From: an uncultured Chthonomonadaceae bacterium
Lineage (GTDB): Bacteria; Armatimonadota; Chthonomonadetes; Chthonomonadales; Chthonomonadaceae
Length of the DNA stretch: 64,000 bases
Assembly: GCA_963817895.1 (NCBI GenBank)
Contig: CAWFQB010000001.1
Coordinates: 992,001-1,056,000 of the forward strand
Direction of reading: 5' to 3'
Part shown: piece by piece, positions 9,798 through 18,924 of the stretch
Layout: every line of letters starts with the position of its first letter
How positions within the stretch are numbered: position 1 is the first letter of the stretch
The notes under the pieces: generated by a model
Seen by the model: only the letters and a program-made list of their open reading frames with translations
Database searches by the model: none
Told to the model about the DNA's origin: nothing
Program-made: the position numbers and the translations under genes

Positions 9798-11546
9798 ATG
9801 AACACTGCTGTACGCAAATCCCGTTCCTCTCGCCTGTTGAAGGGCACGCTCGTCTCCGGGCTGCTCCTCTTGCCTCTCGTGGCATTGGCACAGACCTTTT
9901 ATGGTTCCGGTGGCAGTGACAATACGGCTACAAACACCTCTAATGTTGCGTTTGGCTATCTAACGCTCAACGTTAATACCACGGGCTACAACGACACGGC
10001 GTTAGGACTGAATGCTCTCGCTGCCAATACCACCGGTTTCAACAACACGGCAGTAGGTAGGGGTTCCCTGACTACCAACACGGGGGCGACAAACAACACT
10101 GCTGTCGGCGCTTTAGCCCTCAACTCCAGCAACAACTTCGCGAATACTGCTGTTGGCGCTGAGGCGCTCATGTTCAACACCACAGGCTTGGAAAATACTG
10201 CCGTGGGGGCTTATGCGCTTGTAAACAATACACAGGGCAATTACAATACCGCAACAGGTGTAGGCGCTCTTGAGGGCAACACCACTGGCAGCTACAACAA
10301 TGCTTTTGGCTTTCAAGCGCTAGAACAAAACACTACCGGCATGGATAATGTTGCCACAGGCACGGCGGCCCTCCAATTCAATAAAACCGGCAGCTACAAT
10401 ACAGCGACCGGGGACTTTTGCCTCACCTTCAACACGACAGGCAGCAATAACACCGGCATCGGCTGTACAGCCCTCAACAACAATTCAACAGGGAGCAACA
10501 ACTCTGCCAATGGCTACAGTGCTCTGACCAGCAACACCACTGGCAGCTTCAATACGGCTCATGGCAGCTATGCTCTCAACTCCAACACGACAGGCAATAA
10601 CAATATTGCTGTAGGCTACGGGGCGTTGTACGTCAATAGTGCCGGGGTCAACAACAATGCCTTTGGCTACCTGGCTCTGAACCAGAACAGTATGGGCAAT
10701 GACAACGCCGCTTTCGGGTATCTGGCACTGTATACCAACTCCACGGGCACACAGAACGCCGCCTTCGGCAACAATGCCCTGTTTTTCAACACCGCAGGCA
10801 ACGACAACACCGCGCAGGGCTTCAACGCGCTTGCGCTGAACACCACCGGCAGCTACAACACCGCGCTTGGTGACTATGCCCTCAACTCCAATTCCACCGG
10901 CAACAACAACATCGGCGTGGGCTTTGGAGCCGGACAGAGCCTCACGACCGGTCACAACAACATAGACATTGGCAACCCCGGCGCGCAGGGAGATACCGGC
11001 CTTATCCGCATCGGCTCTGCCGGCGTTCACAATGCCGCTCTGATCGCCGGCATCAACGGGGTAAATGTCGGCAATGGCGTTCCTGTGTATATCAACGCCA
11101 ACGGTCAGCTCGGCACAGTGACCTCTTCGCGCAGGTTCAAGAACGATATTCAGGACATGGGCAATGTCAGTGAGAAACTGATGCAGTTGCGTCCGGTCAC
11201 GTTCCGGTATAAGGACACGGCGGAGAAAGGAACCCATGCGCGGCAATATGGCCTGATTGCCGAAGAAGTGGCGAAGGTGTACCCCGACCTCGTGCAGTAC
11301 GACAAAGCGGGCAAGCCCTTCACCATCTACTACCACCTGCTCACCCCCATGCTCCTCAACGAACTCCAAAAAGAACACCGCCGTTCCGAGGTGAAGGAGG
11401 CAGAAATTACGACCTTGAAATCAGAGTTGGCGGCGTTGAAGCAATCGCAACAGCAACAACTCGCCGCGTTGAACAAACTCACCAACATGGTAACTGCGTC
11501 TCAGAACAAAGCAGCCGGGCAACAGGCGGTGTATACGCCCCGCTAA
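9798..11546 (+). CDS. Second secreted beta-helix repeat / peptidase S74 protein (tandem paralog)
   Basis: Same N-terminus MNTAVRKSR, same repeat type, near-identical S74 domain, same end GQQAVYTPR. Confidence 0.85.
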   Translation: MNTAVRKSRSSRLLKGTLVSGLLLLPLVALAQTFYGSGGSDNTATNTSNVAFGYLTLNVNTTGYNDTALGLNALAANTTGFNNTAVGRGSLTTNTGATNNTAVGALALNSSNNFANTAVGAEALMFNTTGLENTAVGAYALVNNTQGNYNTATGVGALEGNTTGSYNNAFGFQALEQNTTGMDNVATGTAALQFNKTGSYNTATGDFCLTFNTTGSNNTGIGCTALNNNSTGSNNSANGYSALTSNTTGSFNTAHGSYALNSNTTGNNNIAVGYGALYVNSAGVNNNAFGYLALNQNSMGNDNAAFGYLALYTNSTGTQNAAFGNNALFFNTAGNDNTAQGFNALALNTTGSYNTALGDYALNSNSTGNNNIGVGFGAGQSLTTGHNNIDIGNPGAQGDTGLIRIGSAGVHNAALIAGINGVNVGNGVPVYINANGQLGTVTSSRRFKNDIQDMGNVSEKLMQLRPVTFRYKDTAEKGTHARQYGLIAEEVAKVYPDLVQYDKAGKPFTIYYHLLTPMLLNELQKEHRRSEVKEAEITTLKSELAALKQSQQQQLAALNKLTNMVTASQNKAAGQQAVYTPR

Positions 11547-11568
11547 TCGTTCCCGCTCCTGATGCGAC

Positions 11569-11602
11569 AACAGCCTTCTTCCATCGTTGGAAGAAGGCTG
11601 TT
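11569..11602. terminator. Strong hairpin downstream of the S74 pair
   Basis: AACAGCCTTCTTCCA-TCGT-TGGAAGAAGGCTGTT, perfect 15-bp stem. Confidence 0.65.
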
Positions 11603-12006
11603 CGTCTGCCTCATGCTGCCCTGTCTGTGGTCTTGCCTGCCTTGTTCCCGGCCTGAACGCCACAAGCCCCTCCGACGTGGAAGGGCTTGCTGACGTCCTT
11701 GCGTATTCCTGCCTGGGTCGTGTATAATTGGGGTAGGTGTTCCCCATACGGAGGCCGTATCCAATCGCCCCGTCATCATCGGTGAAGGTCAGCGTCGTAC
11801 CTGAAATTGGGGACAGGGCTGGCCTTTTTTGCCTGTCTGTAAACAACACAATGCTTTAAACCACAAAAAAACTTTTTTGATTTGCGTCTTCACACCCGCG
11901 CCCTTGCTGACAATCCGCTTGCTCGTCTTCGCCTCCATCCCTGCGCCCTCTGCCCCGACTGTTCACTGTATCCCGTCCTGCCTTGCCAGTGACACGCGCG
12001 GCTCAG

Positions 12007-12105
12007 TTACGCCTGTTCTTTCTCCACATGCTTTACAGGGAGGCGAAACCAGAAGGTTAAACCTTTGCCGTGTCCTTCACTCTCTACCCACGCCTCCCCG
12101 CCCAT
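12007..12105 (-). pseudogene. Remnant C-terminus of a histidine kinase HATPase_c domain
   Basis: MGGEAWVESEGHGKGLTFWFRLP is the terminal G-rich strand motif of HATPase_c; no upstream kinase body. Confidence 0.6.
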
Positions 12106-12315
12106 AAACTTGAGCAGCATGTTGGTAAGACGCCAATCCTCGAGACGTGAATTGTAGTTCACGTTTGAGTAGGAGGAAGGATAGCCTTGTGTTCCACTCA
12201 CAGAGTGACTCCGAGCATAGACAGGAGAGTCGCTTTGCCCGCCTATCCGTACTCTTCGCTTAACTGGTTTCGGCTCCATACTCACTCCTCTCGTTCCCAT
12301 CGTACAGTTTCCCTG

Positions 12316-12520
12316 GTACACCGTCAATGTAGAATGGTTAGGTAGGGGCGCTGCTTGCTGCGCCCAATACAGCTGCTTGCTGCGCCCAATACAGTTGCTT
12401 ACTGCGCCCTCTGCAAACGGTTGCCGCGCCTTTGTCTGAGGAGGGTTCAACCAATGTTGAGGAGGGTTCAGCAAGCAGAACCCCTGCAATGTACCCTGCT
12501 CTTCTACCTTGACGGTGTAC
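12316..12520. mobile_element. MITE-like element with 19-bp terminal inverted repeats and a nested GTAG-type REPIN (12342-12487)
   Basis: GTACACCGTCAATGTAGAA ... TTCTACCTTGACGGTGTAC (1 mismatch); inside GTAGGGGCGCTGCTTGCTGCGCCC ... GGGTTCAGCAAGCAGAACCCCTGC. Confidence 0.6.
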
Positions 12521-13275
12521 TAACGCAACCGGTAATACACGGCGTACAGCCAGATTAGAAAGAGGATAGAAAACAGGCTCAACACAAGCGCGGCAATAAA
12601 CAACGTTCGGCCCAGGCGCGTGACGCCATAATGCGGGTTCAGGATATGCGGGTCGAACAGCGCCGCCAATCCACTCCACAGAGCGGGCGGGCCAAAGATG
12701 ATGGGATAGAAAAACAGAGTGTGGTCATGCAGAATGCTCTGATGGTTCCACCCTACCATTGTCACCCCGGCGATGAACAGAAGCAGGGGATAAAAACGAT
12801 CCAGCAAAAACGTCTGCGTGGGAGAGCGGGACTGGCGAATCGCGGCTTCCTTTTCCCGCCGTTCGCGGCTCCAGGCTTCTGTCGCTGCCAGCGCCGATAG
12901 CTGTGCCTGTTGTTTCTGCGCGGCGTCTGCCAGGTTGTCGAAATCCGGGGGCGGGGGGACGCTGAATCGGTCCAGCCGAGAACGGGGGTTGAGCGCCCGC
13001 GCGCGTTCCGCAATCTTACGCGCCACATACGCGCACCCGGCGCAAACCCCTGCCACTCCCAACCCCACCGCCAGCCATACCCCGGCATAGCGGTACTCTT
13101 TATCAGCAAAACTGAGGCCTGTCATGATGCCCATTCCTATCGTCAGCAATGCCGCGCAGGACGCGAGCAGCCACAATCCGCCACCCGCTATTTTCAGTCC
13201 GGCCCACTTCGCCGTCGCCTTCGCGTATTCCCGCTTGCCCACGCTCTGCTCGCCCGTGTCCGGTGTCTGCTTCAT
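12520..13275 (-). CDS. Hypothetical multi-pass membrane protein
   Basis: 251-aa ORF with about 5 hydrophobic segments and an AGAGGGG RBS-like sequence. Confidence 0.65.
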   Translation of the reverse strand: MKQTPDTGEQSVGKREYAKATAKWAGLKIAGGGLWLLASCAALLTIGMGIMTGLSFADKEYRYAGVWLAVGLGVAGVCAGCAYVARKIAERARALNPRSRLDRFSVPPPPDFDNLADAAQKQQAQLSALAATEAWSRERREKEAAIRQSRSPTQTFLLDRFYPLLLFIAGVTMVGWNHQSILHDHTLFFYPIIFGPPALWSGLAALFDPHILNPHYGVTRLGRTLFIAALVLSLFSILFLIWLYAVYYRLR

Positions 13276-13352
13276 GCCTGCCCCTCTACTTCCCCGCCCA
13301 ATTCTTCCGTCCTCTACTCCCCTTCGGCTTTCCGCTACGGACGCGGGGTATG

Positions 13353-13901
13353 CTACTTTACGCCTGCGGCGCGCTGGTACACTTCCTGCACAGTGCCGCT
13401 GCTCGGAAGCGCTTGCACGGCAAAGGTATTGACATTGGCAGCAAAGTCCGGGTGGAGGGTGAGGGTGTTGTTGGTCAGATCCACCACGCCATGCGCGTAG
13501 CCTCCTATGCCGCTATTATGTGGAGGTGGTGCGTTGGGGTCGTTTTGTATTATGAGGCTCACCTGGTTCGTGCCGGGCGTGAACGCATACCTGTACGTGA
13601 GGCTGCCTCCGTTGACGCGGTAGTAGCCATCCCGGTAAAAGGTGAGCGTATCGCTGCTGGCGCATTGGTTGCCGTACTGTCCTATGCTTGTAGGGGCAGT
13701 GGCGAACGCGGCAGGACAGGTCTGGGTGGTAGTGCCATCCGTGAGGGAACGCGCCGTCCAGGTTCCGACGAGGCTGTTGGGATCATTGGCAGGAGTGTTG
13801 TTGTCCGGGTTGGCGCTGCTGCCGCCGCCCCCACACCCTCCTAACGCGCACCCCAGGCACAGACAGACAAGCAGAGTAACCCATAGACGTACAGAAACCA
13901 T
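13353..13901 (-). CDS. Putative lipoprotein, lipocalin-like
   Basis: Lipobox LGGC after hydrophobic leader; SLVGTW motif; RBS AAGGA. Confidence 0.65.
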   Translation of the reverse strand: MVSVRLWVTLLVCLCLGCALGGCGGGGSSANPDNNTPANDPNSLVGTWTARSLTDGTTTQTCPAAFATAPTSIGQYGNQCASSDTLTFYRDGYYRVNGGSLTYRYAFTPGTNQVSLIIQNDPNAPPPHNSGIGGYAHGVVDLTNNTLTLHPDFAANVNTFAVQALPSSGTVQEVYQRAAGVK

Positions 13902-14034
13902 GTTAAATTCCTTTGTGAATGTGTTGGAGATTCCGTTGTAACATTAGGCGGCGACAGTTGACTCTCCTGCATACCTGCGCGATCCGTCTTTCTCTACAGG
14001 ATTGTGGCTGATTTGCTTTTGGCTTACGGGCAGT

Positions 14035-14994
14035 TCAGACGGATTCGAGCAAATCGTTGTCGCGCATCCAGTCGTCGTTGAAGATTTTGCACAGGTAGTT
14101 GCGGCCTGTATCGGGCAGCAGCGCCACAATCGTCTTTGCCGGCGTTTTCCGGGCGACTGCCATAACGCAGGGCGGCGGCAACCGCGCAGCCTGCCGCGCC
14201 GCCGACAAGCATGCCCTCTTCCCGCGTGAGCCGCCGCGCCATCTGGAACGCTTCCCGGTCGGTAATGGTAATGGCCTCGTCCATCACGGCCGCATCGAAA
14301 TTTTGCGGCGCGACGGCTGCCCCGATGCCTTCCAGCAGATACGCGCCCGCTTCCCGCCGCCGAGGATGGAGCCTTGCGGGTCGGCGAGAATGATCTGAAC
14401 GGCAGGATTTTGTTCTTTCAGATAGCGTCCCGCGCCGCTCAAACTGCCGCCCGTGCCGACGCCGCAGACAAACGCATCCACTTTGCCTTCCGTATCCGCC
14501 CATATTTCCGGCCCGGTCGTCCGGTAATGAATGTCGGGATTGGCGGCATTGGCAAACTGGTCGGGCAGAAACCAGCCGTTTTCCCGCGCCAATCGCTGCG
14601 CCACCATCAATGAAATTGTCCGCGTCGCCTGGCGGCGCGTTGGGCGTTCGCACCACTTCGGCCCCATACGCCCGCAGCAAATCCTCTTTGTCCCGGCTCA
14701 TCTTTTCCGGCATCACGAACACGCACCGATAGCCGCGCACAGCCGCCACAAGCGCCAGACCCGACGCCCGTATTGCCCGCCGTCGCCTCGATAATCGTCG
14801 CGCCAGGGCGCAGGTTGCCGTCGCGTTCCGCCGCGTCAATCATCGCCAGCGCCGATCCGGTCTTTCACGATGCCGCCCGGATTGAGCATCTCCACTTTGC
14901 CCAGAATGGTTGCCGGACAATCTTTGCCCACGCGCGCCAGACGCACAAGCGGCGTGCGTCCAATACATTCCAGAATGTTCTCATAGATAGGCAT
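14035..14994 (-). CDS. PLP-dependent cysteine synthase / cystathionine beta-synthase family protein (multiple frameshifts)
   Basis: MPIYENILECIGRTPLVRL, NPGG-VKDR, IEATAGNTG, GVGTGGS, EGIG, ARRLTREEGMLVG distributed over frames. Confidence 0.85.
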
Positions 14995-15045
14995 AAATGT
15001 TTTCAGTTTATTGTTGACTTATGATTCAGATGATTCAAACAGGTT

Positions 15046-16264
15046 TCAGTCCAATGCCTGTTCCAGATCGGCAATCAAATCGTCTGCGTCCTCAATTCCG
15101 ACGGACAGGCGCACCAGCGCGGGACTGATTTCGATGGAGGAGCCGGCCAGACTGGCATGTGTCATTGCGCCCGGATGCTCGATGAGCGATTCCACGCCGC
15201 CCAGACTTTCGGCCAGCGTGAACAGTCGGGTTCTGGCGACGAGTTCGCGGGCTTTTGTTTCGCCGCCCCGCGCCAGAAACGATACCATGCCGCCATACCC
15301 GGCGCGTTCCAATGCCTGTTCCGGCGTCGCGCTTCCGTGCCACGCTCTCCATCGCCCCGCCGCTTGCCATGTTGCGCCTTGCCGCGTCATGCTGCGGATC
15401 TGTTGGCAGGCCGGGATAAAACACTTTTTCAACCGCCGCGTGTCGCGATAGAAACTCGCGCCACGCTGCAGGGCGTTTGCCCCATGCTGCCGCATCCGTA
15501 TGCCCAGCGTCTTGATGCCCCGCAGCACGAGAAAACAGTCCTGCGGGCCGGGTACGCTTCCCGTCGCGTTCTGATGAAACGCCAGTTTGCCGCGCAGTTC
15601 GTCATCGTTGAGAACGATCAGGCCGCCCACCACATCGCTGTGTCCGCCGAGATATTTTGTCGCGCTGTGCAGAACGAAATCCGCGCCGAACAGCAACGGA
15701 CGCTGCAAGTACGGGGACGCGAACGTGTTGTCAACGGCAAGCCATGCGCCATATTCGATGCGCCAGTTCTGCCGTTTGCGCAATGTCAATGCTTTTCAGC
15801 CAGGGATTGGTCGGCGTTTCCAGCCACACCATTCTGGTTTGCGGCGTAAACGCCGACTTTGCTTTGTCCCTGTCCGTCAGGTCGGCAAGCGCGAACGTGA
15901 TGCCGTAACGGGACAGGACGCGGGCGAACAGGCGGTACGTGCCGCCGTACACATCGTCGCTCAACACAACATGGTCGCCCGGTTCCAGCAGATAGCAAAG
16001 CGTTGTGGTCGCCGCCATGCCGCTGGCAAACGCAAGCCCGTGTTTGCCGCTTTCCAGTGACGCGATACACTCTTCCAGCGCTTTGCGGGTCGGGTTCTGA
16101 GTGCGGGCGTACTCGTAGCCGCCATACGGCTTTCCCACCTCATGTTGCGCGAACGTGCTGGTCTGGTAGATGGGAACTGATACGGCCCCCGTATGTGGGT
16201 CGGGCGGCTGTCCCGCGTGAATAGCCCGTGTCGCAAAACCTAAATGGGTCGGGTCGCCTTTCAT
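15046..16264 (-). CDS. Cystathionine gamma-lyase/synthase (frameshifts near 15780 and 15450)
   Basis: FATRAIHAGQ, PIYQTSTF, YARTQNPT, FASGMAA, ETPTNP, VDNTFASP, HSATKYLGGHSD, AESLGGVESL, RLSVGIED. Confidence 0.92.
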
Positions 16265-16428
16265 GTTTTCCTCTTGTCGCGATTTTTTGATGTTGCCCTG
16301 TATCAGCGTATTACGCGCAATTATACCCTTCTGCCTACGCGATTTGACGGCAGAAAACGTAATACACAAAGAGCGCTGAAAAAGCCAGCAGAAACAGGTT
16401 GAAAGCAACGACGGATAAGGAACGGCTT

Positions 16429-17609
16429 ATGATGTCAGATACGAACAATTCCGCCGATGATGGCATGAATGTAAAACGCAGGCGGTTTCTAAAGGCCGCC
16501 GCGCTTGCGGGCGCGGGGCTTGCGGCAGGCGCAAACGCGAACGCGCAGGCGGCGCAAATTACTGCCGCCGATACGAACGACGCGCCGATGCCCGCGCTTT
16601 CGCCCCTGCCCATGACCCATACGGGCGCGGGGCAGATACCGCAAAAGCCACTCGGCAAAACGGGCGTCAATGTCTCCATTCTGGGCATGGGCGGCCACCA
16701 TCTGGGCGATGTGGAAAGCGTGGATGAGGCCGTTCGCATGGTGCAGAAGGCGGTTGACGCGGGCATTACGTTCTTCGATAACTGCTGGGAGTACCACAAC
16801 GGCAAAAGCGAGGATTGGCTGGGCCGGGGCTTGAAAGGGCGGCGCGACAACGTGTTCCTGATGACGAAAGTGTGTACGCACGGGCGCGACGCGCAAACTG
16901 GGAATGCAGATGCTGGAAGAGTCGCTGCGCCGCCTGCAAACCGACCATCTCGATCTGTGGCAGATACACGCCATCACCTACGACAACGATCCCGCCCTCG
17001 CCTACGCGAAGGGCGGCATTCTGGAAGCCATGAGCAAGGCGAAACAGCAGGGCAAAGTGCGATTTGTCGGCTTCACGGGACACAAAGACCCCGGCATGCA
17101 CCTGGAAATGCTGCGGCGCGGTTTTGCCTTCGATACCGTGCAGATGCCGCTCAATCCGTTCGACGCCAATTTCTTCAGTTTTCAGCGGCAGGTATTGCCG
17201 GAAGCCATGCGGCGCGGGATTGGCGCGTTGGGCATGAAGCCGATGGGCGGCACGGCGGAGTCCGTCAAGCGCGGCGTGGTCACGCCCGAAGAACTGCTGC
17301 GCTACGCCATGAGCCTGCCCGTCGCCACAACCATCAGCGGCATGGATTCTGCTGGAAGTGCTGAACAAAAACATCGCGCTCGCGCGGGGTTTTCAGCCCC
17401 TGAGCGCGTCCGACAAGCAGAGCTTGGAACAGCGGTGCGCCCCGACTGCCGGGGATGGCCGCTTTGAACTGTACAAAGTGTCCCTCAAGTACGACAACCC
17501 CGAAACCCGCCAGCCGCACGGCTTCCCGATTGACATGCAGCAAAAGGAAGTGAAAGAGTCGTTGCAGCAAAAAGGCCGGCCCGGTTCGGACGAGTCGCGT
17601 TTGAAGTAA
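16429..17609 (+). CDS. Tat-exported aldo/keto reductase (frameshifts near 16900 and 17350)
   Basis: Twin-arginine leader KRRRFLK; LGKTGVNVSILGMGG, FFDNCWEY, LRRLQTDHLDLWQIH, GKVRFVGFTGH. Confidence 0.85.
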
Positions 17610-17620
17610 AAGGAACCTCA

Positions 17621-18814
17621 ATGAAAGACAAAGATACAGAAATAGACGCGCCGCAAAATAGCGAACGGCGGCGTTTTTTGAAGCAGGCGGGGGTTTTGGG
17701 CGCGACCCTGACATTGCCGGGACAAAGCGGCGCGGCGCAGGAACAGCAGAAACCGCCGCCCCCGGAAGGCGGGCAGAGTACGCAAACCCCGTCCGCGTTC
17801 GCGGGTAAAAACGTCATCAATCAATCGGCGGCGCGGCCCTCGCAGCCCCTGTCGCCGCTTGCCATGACCAACACGGGCGCGGGCCAGATACCGCAAAAGC
17901 CGATGGGCAGCACGGGCGTCAGCGTTTCCATCATCGGCTTGGGCGGTTCCACGCTCGGACAGGCGGACTCCTACGACACGGCGGAAAAGATCACGCATGA
18001 GGCCGTAGACGCGGGCGTGACGTTTATGGACAACGCCTGGGAGTACAATGACCACAAAAGCGAAGATTGGATGGGACGCGCCTTGCAGGGACGGCGCGAC
18101 AAAGTGGTGTTGATGACGAAAGTGTGTACGCACGGGCGGGACGCGAAAGTCGCCATGACGCAACTGGAAGAGTCTTTGCGGCGTTTGCGTACCGACCATC
18201 TGGATGTGTGGCAAATACACGAGTGCGTGTACTGGAACGATCCCGATTTGCACTTTATGCCGGGCGGCGTGGTGGAAGCCCTGGCGCAGGCGAAACAGCA
18301 GGGCAAGGTGCGCTTTGTCGGCTTCACGGGACACAAGAACCCGATGATTCATCTGCGGATGCTGGAACTCGCCGATAAGCGGGGCGTCAAGTTCGACACG
18401 GCGCAAATGCCGCTCAACGCTTTTGATGCCACGTATCGCAGTTTCGAGCAGCAGGTGCTGCCGGAAATCCAACGGCGCGGCATGGCGGCGTTCGGTATGA
18501 AAAGTTTGGGCGGAAATGGCGAGGCCGTGATGCAGGGGGCCGTCACGATTACGGAAGCCCTGCGCTACGCGATGAGCCTGCCCGTCGCCACCACCATCAG
18601 CGGCATTGATTCGCTGGCCGTGCTGCGACAGAACTTAGGCGTGGCCCGCGACTTCAAGCCTATGTCCATGCCGGAGATGCAGGCTCTGCGCGAACGGTGC
18701 AGCATCGCCGCGTCCGACGGCCATCTGGAACTGTACAAATCCACCAAGCGCTACGACGCGGCGGTAGGCCGCCAGCAGCACGGCTACCCCGATGATGAGC
18801 AACTGCCTATCTGA
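17621..18814 (+). CDS. Tat-exported aldo/keto reductase (tandem paralog)
   Basis: ERRRFLK leader; same AKR motifs as upstream paralog; intact ORF. Confidence 0.9.
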   Translation: MKDKDTEIDAPQNSERRRFLKQAGVLGATLTLPGQSGAAQEQQKPPPPEGGQSTQTPSAFAGKNVINQSAARPSQPLSPLAMTNTGAGQIPQKPMGSTGVSVSIIGLGGSTLGQADSYDTAEKITHEAVDAGVTFMDNAWEYNDHKSEDWMGRALQGRRDKVVLMTKVCTHGRDAKVAMTQLEESLRRLRTDHLDVWQIHECVYWNDPDLHFMPGGVVEALAQAKQQGKVRFVGFTGHKNPMIHLRMLELADKRGVKFDTAQMPLNAFDATYRSFEQQVLPEIQRRGMAAFGMKSLGGNGEAVMQGAVTITEALRYAMSLPVATTISGIDSLAVLRQNLGVARDFKPMSMPEMQALRERCSIAASDGHLELYKSTKRYDAAVGRQQHGYPDDEQLPI

Positions 18815-18924
18815 TACTACTCTCCTATTCTGTAAGCGCTATGAGAACTGTTTGAACTCTTTTTCGAGGCTGTAGTAACGCCGCAGGGAACATAACATAT
18901 TATGTTCCCTGCGGCATTGTGTCC

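Noticed and set aside
7923..11546. Prophage, or DGR template/variable repeat pair
   Set aside because: No structural, integrase or reverse transcriptase genes; differences between copies are not adenine-specific; both copies are intact secreted ORFs.
12342..12487. Short direct repeats as a CRISPR array
   Set aside because: Only 2-3 units with no unique 25-45 nt spacers and no cas genes; they fit REP sub-repeats.
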